A stretch of DNA of 40,537 bases from an uncultured archaeon. GTDB lineage: Archaea; Asgardarchaeota; Thorarchaeia; Thorarchaeales; Thorarchaeaceae. This document shows, one piece after another, positions 1-8,983 of this stretch. Position numbers and translations under genes: made by a program. The notes below the pieces were generated by a model, which made no database searches, had not been told where the DNA came from, and saw only the letters and a list, made by a program, of their open reading frames with translations. The stretch is taken from contig CAZMBV010000002.1 in the NCBI GenBank assembly GCA_964564335.1, forward strand, positions 1 to 40,537. Direction: 5' to 3'. The number at the start of each line of letters is the position of its first letter. Position 1 is the stretch's first letter.

Positions 1-692
1 TGACCGCATCCGAAGAGGTGCACTGGTCTATCCGGTGGCAGATACTTCTTTGCAGCTAGCGTCACTCGGACAATATCTGCATATCTGTACATTTCCATCA
101 ATGGAACAACACCTCCTATTGGGTAAACATCAAAATCCAGTGCTCCCATAGCTTTAGCTGACTGTTCTCGTAAGTCTTCGAAGATTCCACCCTGAACAGT
201 CCCAGCAAGCATCATATCCCCTTTGAGACCTACAGACATTCTTGCCCGTTCTAGAGAGAGTTTGACATCTTTCTCTACTTGCTCTCTCTCGACATCAGGT
301 TTTGAGAAAGCATCCAGAATAGTTCCTATATCGGTCTTGATTTGCTTCTGAAATTCTATTATGGCAATTGGGTCTATTTCTTCATCGGGAAGATCATGGA
401 AGTACATCTGGAAGGTTCCAGAGTCGGTCATGATTGGATGATTGAAATCTAAGAGAGCATGGACGCCCTCTGCTATCGCCTTCTCTCTGTATCTTTCATG
501 AGAATTAATAATGTATGAATTTGTAATTACCATCTGAAACCCAAATTCTTCAACAAGTGCCTTAGGTGGAATAATAGATTTACCCGGGTGAATTACTGGC
601 ATGAGCAATGGTGTCTTCACTGTTCCATGTTTGGTCGAGAATCTACCTAATCTCGCAAGACCATCCTTTACTTTGATTTCGAAGTTTGCCAT
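1..692 (-). CDS. tgtA: tRNA-guanine(15) transglycosylase (archaeosine TGT), N-terminal ~230 aa. The gene continues past the left edge of the window.
   Basis: Absent from the supplied ORF track because no stop codon lies in the window. The reverse complement from ATG (complement of 690-692) reads MANFEIKVKDGLARLGRFSTKHGTVKTPLLMPVIHPG...IMTDSGTFQMY...FDVYPIGGVVPLME...DRPVHLFGCG and stays open to position 1. These are typical TGT TIM-barrel N-terminal signatures. Confidence 0.85.
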   Translation of the reverse strand, partial: MANFEIKVKDGLARLGRFSTKHGTVKTPLLMPVIHPGKSIIPPKALVEEFGFQMVITNSYIINSHERYREKAIAEGVHALLDFNHPIMTDSGTFQMYFHDLPDEEIDPIAIIEFQKQIKTDIGTILDAFSKPDVEREQVEKDVKLSLERARMSVGLKGDMMLAGTVQGGIFEDLREQSAKAMGALDFDVYPIGGVVPLMEMYRYADIVRVTLAAKKYLPPDRPVHLFGCG

Positions 693-781
693 TTGTGATC
701 CCCAATGAAACCTTAATGGCTGGGCAATGAATCTTTCTCTATGTCATAGCTACAATAGTACTGTTTAAGACACAACTATCA

Positions 782-2083
782 TTGAGTAGAGTAATGAGTG
801 AATCAACTGCATTACTTGTCCAGCGAAGAAAATACAGAGACCCCGATTTACTGAACGAGTTTGCCGCACTTGCTACTACAGCAGACTATGAAATTATAGG
901 TACATTTGATATAGTCAGTGACCCGTCTGCTAAGTTTGGTATACGCAGTGGCAAAGCTGATGAGATCAAGACTTGGATTGAGGTCAATAAGCCCGATTTT
1001 GTTTTATTCTCTCCTCAACTCAAATCGAGCCAAATGTTCAGACTCATGGAGTTGTGGGAAACAGAGGTTAGGGACAGAGCACAAATCATTCTTGAAATTT
1101 TTGATAAGCATGCTAATACACAACAAGCAAAACTACAGATCGAGCAAGCTCGGCTCAAATACGAATTACCTTTTGAGCGACATCAGATTCGGATGAGATT
1201 AGCGAAGGAGCATACTGGAGACCGTCCAGTAGCAGAACAGGTCGGTGCTGGAGAAGACCTCCTAAATTTGAAAATACAGGAGCAACGTAGAAGGATATCT
1301 GTAATAACTGAGAAGCTTGAGAAGATATCTGAAGCACAAGTGCTGAAAAAGAAAAAGCGTGTAAAAGAAGGCTTTATTGAAATCGCACTAGCTGGTTATA
1401 CAAATGCGGGGAAAAGCACCCTCCATCACGCATTGACAGCATCCGGTGTGGAGATTGCTGACAAACTTTTCACTACTTTGGCTACGAAAGCGGCTGAACT
1501 TGATTTACCCGGCAGGCAGATTGTTCTTTCTGACTCTGTAGGTTTTATTAGTAGTCTCCCTAAAGCTTTGTTACAAGCATTCAATACAACCCTCATGGAA
1601 GTAGCTGACGCTGATATTATCATTCTTGTTGTTGATGCTTCTGACACAATCGAAGAGATGGATCGAAAAGTCGATACCTGCCTTGACACGTTCAATGAAA
1701 TTGGTGCTAATGGAATTCCAATAGTTACTGCACTCAATAAAATTGATCTTATGGATGAAAATGATGTACAAGAACGGGAAGATATACTAGCAGAGATTTC
1801 TGCTGCAGTTGTTCCTATTTCTGCAGAGACTCATGCGCATCTTGATGAACTCGTTGCCGCATTGGAACAAATACTACCACAACTTATCCTCTATTCAATT
1901 TCGTTGCCTTACGGCGATTTTGGAATGTCAATCATTTCAAGACTTCATGAGGATGCTATAATTGAATCGGAATCCTATAATGAAGATAGTATAACTATTA
2001 CTGCCCGTCTTAATTATGAGGTATTTCAGTCCCTAGAACGTGAGTTGAATCCCGGGAGTATCACTAAAATTATGCTCAGATGA
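782..2083 (+). CDS. hflX: GTPase HflX
   Basis: 433-aa ORF with the HflX N-terminal domain followed by a G domain (G1 GYTNAGKSTL, DSVGF, G4 NKIDL). The start is TTG 782 or ATG 794 (MSESTALL...). It is divergent from tgtA. Confidence 0.85.
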   Translation: MSRVMSESTALLVQRRKYRDPDLLNEFAALATTADYEIIGTFDIVSDPSAKFGIRSGKADEIKTWIEVNKPDFVLFSPQLKSSQMFRLMELWETEVRDRAQIILEIFDKHANTQQAKLQIEQARLKYELPFERHQIRMRLAKEHTGDRPVAEQVGAGEDLLNLKIQEQRRRISVITEKLEKISEAQVLKKKKRVKEGFIEIALAGYTNAGKSTLHHALTASGVEIADKLFTTLATKAAELDLPGRQIVLSDSVGFISSLPKALLQAFNTTLMEVADADIIILVVDASDTIEEMDRKVDTCLDTFNEIGANGIPIVTALNKIDLMDENDVQEREDILAEISAAVVPISAETHAHLDELVAALEQILPQLILYSISLPYGDFGMSIISRLHEDAIIESESYNEDSITITARLNYEVFQSLERELNPGSITKIMLR

Positions 2084-2116
2084 GTATTCTTTCAAATATG
2101 TTTGGATTCATTTCAC

Positions 2117-2137
2117 TTTTTTTTGTTTTTTCATTTT
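2117..2137 (+). terminator. Oligo-T tract (T8-G-T6...TTTT) just after the hflX stop; candidate archaeal intrinsic terminator
   Basis: Sequence cacTTTTTTTTGTTTTTTcaTTTTg lies 34 nt after the hflX TGA. Archaeal RNA polymerase terminates at T-runs. The tract falls inside the 2080-2292 extension of the giant ORF, which I consider non-coding. Confidence 0.35.
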
Positions 2138-2292
2138 GCTTACATTCTGTGCCAACAATTATAACGACTAGTACTCTACAAAAAATGTTCCGCTGTTGGG
2201 AGAAGTCACTCAGGAGGGATGATATTCACGTTGGAAATTATCGTTACTTCCTGTTTTTCCAAGGCGATCTGGGTCAAGGAGGAGTGTCAGAT

Positions 2293-5200
2293 ATGCGTGG
2301 ACGAAATATTCGGAATCAAGTTATTTCTGTGCTTATAATTTGTAGTTTCATTGTTGGAATCATTACACCTGCGGTATCAGCTGGTCAAATTGCTGTGGAG
2401 TATGAGGAATCTAAAAAAGAACCGGCTGAGCGGTATCATCTTGATTCCATATACATTTTTTTTGATAAAAATGACGAAATAATGAAGACAATCGTTGATA
2501 TCGTTACGGAGATAGTATCATTCAAGCTGGAATCAATCGTCATGATTCCAGTAGACACATACTCTGATTTTAGTTATCAGTTATCAGATGAACCTTGGAT
2601 TGCAGTTTATGCATTCCAATCCAATCTAACACATGTTCAATTCCCAGACATATCAATAACTTGGCAACAGTTTTACAAATCGCTTGCACAACATCAGTCT
2701 ACGCACCACATTATAGGAATGGCTAACACACTCTCTATGGAAGAATACATCATCGATGATATTCCTGATATTATTGACAGTCAAGCTGAGCAAACAGATG
2801 CATTACTTCTTGCAGTACATGATATTTGGTCAATTACAGACGTTATTGAAAGTCGTGCAGATGAAGATGAGAAATACAAATCCGCATCTGAGGACTTACG
2901 AAGCATTGCCCTCACACTTTTTGCTGATAACTTCAACGAGATATTTTCACGCACATTGGAACCAGTTGATGTTGTTGGTCAAATTGATCAGGTTGCTCTT
3001 GAAGAACGGACACAGGAAATGTGGGCTGAACACGCACCCACAATAGAACCTGCGGTGTATAAAAAACTCGATAATGGGACTTTGGTCGAGATACCGAAAG
3101 ATCAAATTCCGGAAGACTTCTCTCCTGTTATCAAGCTTAGCTCTGCAATTACCCCTCCTGGAAGTGATTTCTCTCTTGGAAAGATACCCTTGTTTTCTGG
3201 GCTCAGAGGACCAATAGGTGAGATTGTTAATGTTCTCCTGAAGTTACTCTCCGATTCCGACAGTGTTGATATTTCAATCGACAGCGACACAATGGATTCA
3301 ATCCGTACTATTTTCGAGATTATTCAACCGTTCATCGGGATCGTATCCAACTATGACAGTTCCTCTCCAATGAAGTCCATAATACAGGCCTTGGCTAATG
3401 AGTTCCCCTTCATCGAAGAATATAAGGTCTACATAGAGGTTCTTTTGAAGTGCTTATTCAGTCTTAGAGGAAGCCCATCCGAGATTATTGGTACTGTAAC
3501 AGAAGCAGTCATATCACTCCTGCCAGAGCTCTTTCCTGGTGAAATAACTGATTTCGTAGTAGATCTACTGGGAGTCAATAACGGTCTTGCAGATGTGTTG
3601 ACTGATGTAGTCGATGGAGGAAAGGGTGTATTTGATTCCCTACTCGCATTCTTTACAAACAACGTATTGACTTCACTATTCAATAAGACTCTTGTTGCCA
3701 CATTTGGTCTAGCCCAATCAACTGCTGATGTTTTGTTACCTCGAATGAGTGCATTTTCACAATCAATTATTAATTTCATCAGTACACTTGACTTTGAGAC
3801 CTTCGTAAATGATGTAGCTGAAGAATTATTGACTGATTCTTTAGGTCTCATGACTGATGCAGACGGAGAAGAAGTCCTTGCTCGTATCATGTCTGTTGTT
3901 AAGTTGAGTCTGACAGTTCTCGATGCTGTAGACTCATTTACAATCGAGTCTGTGGTTTCGGTTGTTGCTCAACTCGTTGTTGAATTCTTTGGAGCTCCTG
4001 CTCTGCTTGACGATCCTGAAGATATTGCGAGAGGTATGATGGGCATAGTCAAGGACTATATGGAAGGTTCAGTGACAAATGTTGCAGGTTTCCGTGATGA
4101 ATTAGAATCTGTTGTGACTCCTTCCATCACAGGGTTTGCAAGTCCGTTAGGAGATTTGCTTATAGATGTAATAACAATGATTGCAGGCTTCTATAATGAT
4201 GGATTTAGTCCGTCTGCAGTCCCAGATATGTTTGAGGTTTTTGAGGGTCTTGTTGATGAGATGGGTTTCACACCTTCAGTCCACGATGATATCATAGGTG
4301 CGATTAATGGTGTCCTTAGACCTGTCCTTGGTATTATTGCAGAGGTATCCAATAGTGATTCTCTTCGAGAGATGGTCAGTAAAACACTTAGTGAATTTGA
4401 TACTGAAATTGGAAACATACCTGGTCTTGTTGTAGATGTAATTTCCTACCTTGACCTTGAGGGTACATTGGATGCTATAGTTGGTGCTTCAGATGTACTC
4501 GATTCTTTGGCGAAAATCTCTACAGGCATCATCAAGATTGCTGAAGCTGCTCAGGGTAAGTCATTCGAAGGAGTCATGCATGGCATTTTGATTTCTGTAG
4601 CTGCTATTACCGGCGTAATGCCTGCTTTTGATGATGTCCCTATTGATGCATTCTTGGAACTGCTTAAGGCATTCTTTCCTGAAGTATTTGGTATTGAGCG
4701 AGAAGACGCTCCGATGCCCTCTCAGGTCATTGCCAATGTGACTACAATTGTCGGTGGCTACCTTGGCCTTGAATTTGATACAGGAATGCTTAACGAGTTT
4801 CTCAAGTCTCTGATGGACACAAAGGACATTTTCACAAAAGGTGTTAGATGGCTTACAGGCATGCTCTTTGATTGGTTGACCGGTGAACTAACTCCCTTAT
4901 TCAAAGACCTGACTGATATGATTGAAGAAGCCCTTGGAAATTCCGGTGAGATTCTAGGATACCATAGCAAAATTCCAATTGGGGTGGGTGATTGGAACCT
5001 ATTCGACCTGACCATAGATCTTGGGCTCATCGCAGACTTTGAGATAGATCCGACTCCACTCTTCGATATCGTTAGAAGTGTAATCTTCGATGGCCGCGAG
5101 GTATTTTCACTCGATAGCCTAACGGATTTCTTTGGCGTCCTCTTCAAGTGTTTTTCAATCAGCCCTAGGTTCTACGCAGATATGGGTGTTGAGGAATTTG

Positions 5201-8200
5201 ACACCTCAAAGAATCCTATGCTCAAATTTCTGTTGGAGTCCTTTGGTCTAGAATTGACCTTCTCCGGTCATGCCCATTTTGTCCTTAACCTATTCACTTT
5301 CAGGGGTGGCGTTTTTGAATGGGACCAGTTCATGCGTGTATTCGAGTGGGGCTTCAATATCAAGATCGGCGTGTCACGGACGTTTACTTTCTTGGACTTT
5401 ATTACAGGCGGAGCTGCAGGTGCGCTCAATGCAATTGGTGAGTATATTGGCTTGGATGCTATCACAGTCACTGTGTTCTTTGCTGTAGAACTCGATATCG
5501 TAAAGCGTGCGGCAACAGCAATTGCTCCCGAGGTCTCAACACTTACAATCGCCATCGCCCTTGGAGCGACTGCGCATATTGGATTAGACCTTCTTATCTG
5601 CGAACTTGCCATAGATGGGACTATAGAGATTATATTGACGTTCTTCCAAGACCTGGCGAGTAGCAGTCCGATGCAGATCACATTGAATCTGATATTTACC
5701 ATATCCGTCACTGTCGACCTTTTACTGGTCTCAAAGGATTTTGATTTTGAGATACTGAATAAACTCTGGGACCTTAGTCCGCATAAAGGTGAAGATGAGT
5801 ACGCGAATTCAGGAATTGGATTCGATACGGACGGAGACGGCCTCGGAGACGAATACGAGGCTACGTTGCCCGGATATGACCTCAATAATCCCGATACCGA
5901 CGGGGACGGTGCAGGTGACAAACTCGAAGTCCAAACGATGTTCACTGACGGCACTAATCCAGATACTGATGGGGACGGATTATTAGATGGTGAAGAATGG
6001 GAATTGGGTACTAATCCTCACTTCGTGGACTCTGACTGGGATGATATCACAGACTTTGAAGAAGTCCGTGTCTATGGGACCAATCCCCTCTGTATGGATA
6101 CCGATGGGGATGGGCTAAATGATGACTATGAGATCTACACCAAATGGAATATTACCACAGTCACTCCAACAGTCACAGAGGTCATCATCGGGGGAGTAGC
6201 GTACAACGACCACACAGACCCGCTGAATCCTGATACCGATGGGGACTCTCTCCTTGATGGAGATGAGGGTCCGATGGGTGCTTACTACGGTCTCTCCTTG
6301 CTCTATAATGAAACTGCTTCTGATCCCGACCCGTTGATTTTCAATAATGGGTACACTCATCCTCTCGACGCTGACACGGATGATGACTCCTACTTGCAAT
6401 TGTACAATGGAGTGGTGGACAGTCAAGCGTTGTTATTCCTGAAAGATATGAACGATGGTGCAGAGGTCCATGGGCTGCTAGCAGTCTTCTATGACGATGA
6501 TGGTATTCCTGAGGAGAAACGTCTGTTCACTAATCCTTGCAATCCCGATTCTGATGGAGACACTGGCATTACAGACAGAACCCCACAGGCAAGTCTGTGG
6601 ATAAATAGCGATGGGTTCGAGCTTGCTCAAGACCCCCCAACTAATCCCTTGGATGCAGACTCTGACGGAGACGGGTTAATTGATGGCATTGAAGGTATCC
6701 TCAGTCCGACGAGCAGTCACACTAATCCCAATATGGCCGATACTGATGGAGACGGGCTCTTTGATATGCATGAGCTTCTCTTGGGCTGTGACCCTCGTTC
6801 AACTGATACAGATGGAGACCTCATAACTGACGGCGACGAGTTCTACATCTTCTTTACGAACCCCTTAATTGAAGATACAGATTTTGATGCGTTAAAAGAT
6901 GGTGAAGAGGTCTTCCTGTGGCATTCAAATCCCCTCATCGACGATTCTGATGGCGATGGAATTCGAGATGGAGATGAGGTCTTACTGTACGGTTCGGACC
7001 CCATGGACGAGGATGGAGACAATGATGGGCTGACTGACTTCCAAGAGATCATGATATACTATACCGACCCATTTTCGTTTGATACAGACCTTGATGGTCT
7101 TGGTGACGGCGCTGAGATATTTACTTACAATTGTGACCCGCTTTCCTGGGATACAGACGGCGACTCGATAACTGAACCAAATGAGTTTGGTGAGATGACT
7201 TGGCCGATGAGTGATTATGATGAGGTCATGATTCACCATACAAATGCCACCGCTACTGATTCAGATCTTGACGGGCTCTCTGATGCCATAGAGCTGTATG
7301 TAGGCGCTGGAGAAATTCCATGGATGGATCCAATTCAGCTTGACCCAATGAACGCCGATACAGACGGAGACAATCTTACCGATGGTTGCGAAATGATGTT
7401 GGTGAATTATACCGCTATTACGTATCCCTATATTGCTGTGAGTATAGTCTTCGTGCATAGCACATCGCCCGTTCTAAGTGATACAGATGGAGACCTATTG
7501 ACAGACTATCAAGAAATTGTTACCTTTAAGACTGATGCATCAAATGTCGATACCGATAATGATACCATCAGTGACTGGTGGGAAGTCTGGGTCTACAACA
7601 CGTCAGCTATCAATGCAGATACTGATGGAGACAATTTACCAGACATCAATGAGACATTGACAGAGGTATGGCCTTATGGTCCCTGGCCGCCTGCGGGTAG
7701 CCCTACTGAACCAGGCCAGTTCTCAATGGCAACTGAACATCCTGGAGCGGTATTAGCATCAGCTGAATATTTGACTTCTGCCACAGATCCTGACTCGGAT
7801 GATGATTGGTTGCCGGATGGAGCAGAAGTGCAATTCTACATGACGAATCCGATGGATGCAGATAGTGACCATGACGGTACAAACGACGGGTTGGAATTTG
7901 ATACAGATTTTGACGGTCTTCTGGACGCCTATGAGTTCAGCCTGGGACTGCAGTATGTTGTGGGTGGAGGGATTATGAATCCTGATTCCGACGGAGATGG
8001 GCTTTTGGACGGTGCTGAAGTGAACATATACCATACAGACCCACTTAACCGTGATTCAGACGGAGATGGCATCCCGGATGGATTCGAGGTAGCGACTGGC
8101 TCCGACCCGCTGTTTTGGACGTACTTTTCGGTGCTTGCTCCAGTAGGGACTTATGTCCCTACAGTGCCAATACAATTTGAGGCGCTTAACTATACTGCGT

Positions 8201-8982
8201 TTGATAGTATGTGGTATCGGTATGGAGATGGTTTATCGTGGAGTTCCAATGTATCACTGACATATAGTGCAGTAAGTGGTAGATGGGAGGATGCAAGCGT
8301 ATCTCTACCAATAGGCGTCTATCTCTTCGAGATATTTGGTGAGGATGTTAACGGCACGGAGCGTACATACAGCGGCTCATTTACTGTTTCAGAAGAAGGT
8401 AGTGCGGTTTCAATCGGATCAAGGATGGTGATCATGACTCCCGTCAATGGTGGGGTAACATATTCTTCCACCGCAGTGAGAGTGCAGAACCTTACATCAT
8501 TCGAGTCGATGTGGTATCGATACAAAACTTCTGGACCTTGGAGTGACAACATCACTCTGACCTATAGTAATGATTCACTTCACTGGTCTGATGTATCTGC
8601 TGAGTGGCCTCCAGGAGAATATGTCCTCCAGGTGTTCGGAGAGATTGCTGATGGTACAGAGTTCATGGCAGAAATAACATTCACGGTACCAGCACCATTT
8701 CCATGGCTAATTGTTATTGGCGTAGCAGCTGCGGCACTGTTTGGACTAACCCTTATCACCTACAGGTTCTGGTGGATGAAGCGGGGCACAAAATCGGAAA
8801 AGAGTCCTGATACACCTCCCGATCCAGGTACAACAGAAGAGAAACCTACGCCTAAGAGAAAAAGAAAGACTCCTGTTACGCAAGAAGAACCAACGCAGGT
8901 TAAGACGAAACCATCGACTAAGAAGAGTACGGGAACGTCTTCGAAAAAGAAAGCCACTACGGCTGAGGAGGGAGGCAAGTAA
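2293..8982 (+). CDS. Giant (~2230 aa) type-I membrane surface protein: signal peptide, ~1170-aa domain-less acidic region, ~26 thrombospondin type-3-like Ca-binding repeats, two tandem beta-sandwich-like domains, TM helix, Lys/Thr/Pro-rich tail
   Basis: The track ORF is 2080-8982. I prefer ATG 2293 because GGAGG lies 8-9 nt upstream and the N-terminus MRGRNIRNQVISVLIICSFIVGIITPAVSAG-Q is a classical signal peptide. Repeats have the form DTDGDGLxDxxE. The TM helix is PWLIVIGVAAAALFGLTLITYRFWW, followed by a basic tail. Confidence 0.85.
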   Translation: MRGRNIRNQVISVLIICSFIVGIITPAVSAGQIAVEYEESKKEPAERYHLDSIYIFFDKNDEIMKTIVDIVTEIVSFKLESIVMIPVDTYSDFSYQLSDEPWIAVYAFQSNLTHVQFPDISITWQQFYKSLAQHQSTHHIIGMANTLSMEEYIIDDIPDIIDSQAEQTDALLLAVHDIWSITDVIESRADEDEKYKSASEDLRSIALTLFADNFNEIFSRTLEPVDVVGQIDQVALEERTQEMWAEHAPTIEPAVYKKLDNGTLVEIPKDQIPEDFSPVIKLSSAITPPGSDFSLGKIPLFSGLRGPIGEIVNVLLKLLSDSDSVDISIDSDTMDSIRTIFEIIQPFIGIVSNYDSSSPMKSIIQALANEFPFIEEYKVYIEVLLKCLFSLRGSPSEIIGTVTEAVISLLPELFPGEITDFVVDLLGVNNGLADVLTDVVDGGKGVFDSLLAFFTNNVLTSLFNKTLVATFGLAQSTADVLLPRMSAFSQSIINFISTLDFETFVNDVAEELLTDSLGLMTDADGEEVLARIMSVVKLSLTVLDAVDSFTIESVVSVVAQLVVEFFGAPALLDDPEDIARGMMGIVKDYMEGSVTNVAGFRDELESVVTPSITGFASPLGDLLIDVITMIAGFYNDGFSPSAVPDMFEVFEGLVDEMGFTPSVHDDIIGAINGVLRPVLGIIAEVSNSDSLREMVSKTLSEFDTEIGNIPGLVVDVISYLDLEGTLDAIVGASDVLDSLAKISTGIIKIAEAAQGKSFEGVMHGILISVAAITGVMPAFDDVPIDAFLELLKAFFPEVFGIEREDAPMPSQVIANVTTIVGGYLGLEFDTGMLNEFLKSLMDTKDIFTKGVRWLTGMLFDWLTGELTPLFKDLTDMIEEALGNSGEILGYHSKIPIGVGDWNLFDLTIDLGLIADFEIDPTPLFDIVRSVIFDGREVFSLDSLTDFFGVLFKCFSISPRFYADMGVEEFDTSKNPMLKFLLESFGLELTFSGHAHFVLNLFTFRGGVFEWDQFMRVFEWGFNIKIGVSRTFTFLDFITGGAAGALNAIGEYIGLDAITVTVFFAVELDIVKRAATAIAPEVSTLTIAIALGATAHIGLDLLICELAIDGTIEIILTFFQDLASSSPMQITLNLIFTISVTVDLLLVSKDFDFEILNKLWDLSPHKGEDEYANSGIGFDTDGDGLGDEYEATLPGYDLNNPDTDGDGAGDKLEVQTMFTDGTNPDTDGDGLLDGEEWELGTNPHFVDSDWDDITDFEEVRVYGTNPLCMDTDGDGLNDDYEIYTKWNITTVTPTVTEVIIGGVAYNDHTDPLNPDTDGDSLLDGDEGPMGAYYGLSLLYNETASDPDPLIFNNGYTHPLDADTDDDSYLQLYNGVVDSQALLFLKDMNDGAEVHGLLAVFYDDDGIPEEKRLFTNPCNPDSDGDTGITDRTPQASLWINSDGFELAQDPPTNPLDADSDGDGLIDGIEGILSPTSSHTNPNMADTDGDGLFDMHELLLGCDPRSTDTDGDLITDGDEFYIFFTNPLIEDTDFDALKDGEEVFLWHSNPLIDDSDGDGIRDGDEVLLYGSDPMDEDGDNDGLTDFQEIMIYYTDPFSFDTDLDGLGDGAEIFTYNCDPLSWDTDGDSITEPNEFGEMTWPMSDYDEVMIHHTNATATDSDLDGLSDAIELYVGAGEIPWMDPIQLDPMNADTDGDNLTDGCEMMLVNYTAITYPYIAVSIVFVHSTSPVLSDTDGDLLTDYQEIVTFKTDASNVDTDNDTISDWWEVWVYNTSAINADTDGDNLPDINETLTEVWPYGPWPPAGSPTEPGQFSMATEHPGAVLASAEYLTSATDPDSDDDWLPDGAEVQFYMTNPMDADSDHDGTNDGLEFDTDFDGLLDAYEFSLGLQYVVGGGIMNPDSDGDGLLDGAEVNIYHTDPLNRDSDGDGIPDGFEVATGSDPLFWTYFSVLAPVGTYVPTVPIQFEALNYTAFDSMWYRYGDGLSWSSNVSLTYSAVSGRWEDASVSLPIGVYLFEIFGEDVNGTERTYSGSFTVSEEGSAVSIGSRMVIMTPVNGGVTYSSTAVRVQNLTSFESMWYRYKTSGPWSDNITLTYSNDSLHWSDVSAEWPPGEYVLQVFGEIADGTEFMAEITFTVPAPFPWLIVIGVAAAALFGLTLITYRFWWMKRGTKSEKSPDTPPDPGTTEEKPTPKRKRKTPVTQEEPTQVKTKPSTKKSTGTSSKKKATTAEEGGK
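5824..8112 (+). repeat. In-frame array of ~26 D-x-D-x-D-G-x-x-D-x-x-E (thrombospondin type 3 / calcium-binding) repeats inside the giant CDS
   Basis: Recurring DTDGDGLGD, DTDGDGAGD, DTDGDGLLD, DSDGDGIRD, DTDGDNLTD, DSDGDGIPD and similar units, each usually followed by xE and an N-P-x-x-x-D linker. Confidence 0.85.
8131..8690 (+). repeat. Tandem duplication of a ~90-aa membrane-proximal domain (protein-level repeat)
   Basis: Copy 1 reads ...FEALNYTAFDSMWYRYGDGLSWSSNVSLTYSAVSGRWEDASVSLPIGVYLFEIFGEDVNGTERTYSGSFTV. Copy 2 reads ...VRVQNLTSFESMWYRYKTSGPWSDNITLTYSNDSLHWSDVSAEWPPGEYVLQVFGEIADGTEFMAEITFTV. Confidence 0.8.
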
Positions 8983-8983
8983 A

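Noticed and set aside
2080-2292. The 71-codon upstream extension of the giant ORF (ATG 2080 overlapping the hflX stop), including a hydrophobic MSILSNMFGFISLFFVFSFCL segment
   Set aside because: The extension contains a T8-G-T6 tract typical of archaeal terminators and is A/T-rich and promoter-like. ATG 2293 has a GGAGG at proper spacing and a textbook signal peptide. The longer form cannot be excluded without N-terminal data.
5268-5954. A long antisense ORF (228 aa) and many other 60-150-aa ORFs on both strands inside the two giant genes (for example 3429-3890, 4758-5147, 6115-6426, 13640-13978)
   Set aside because: These are shadow ORFs of highly biased, repeat-rich coding sequence. Their translations are low-complexity Ser/Pro/Arg-rich, have no motifs and lie fully inside well-supported long ORFs.
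5824-8112. Recurrent GATACNGATGGNGAC-type DNA words that could suggest a CRISPR array or a satellite
   Set aside because: The units are in frame within one ORF, are irregularly spaced and are degenerate at third codon positions. This is protein-level TSP3 repeat conservation, not a nucleotide repeat array.
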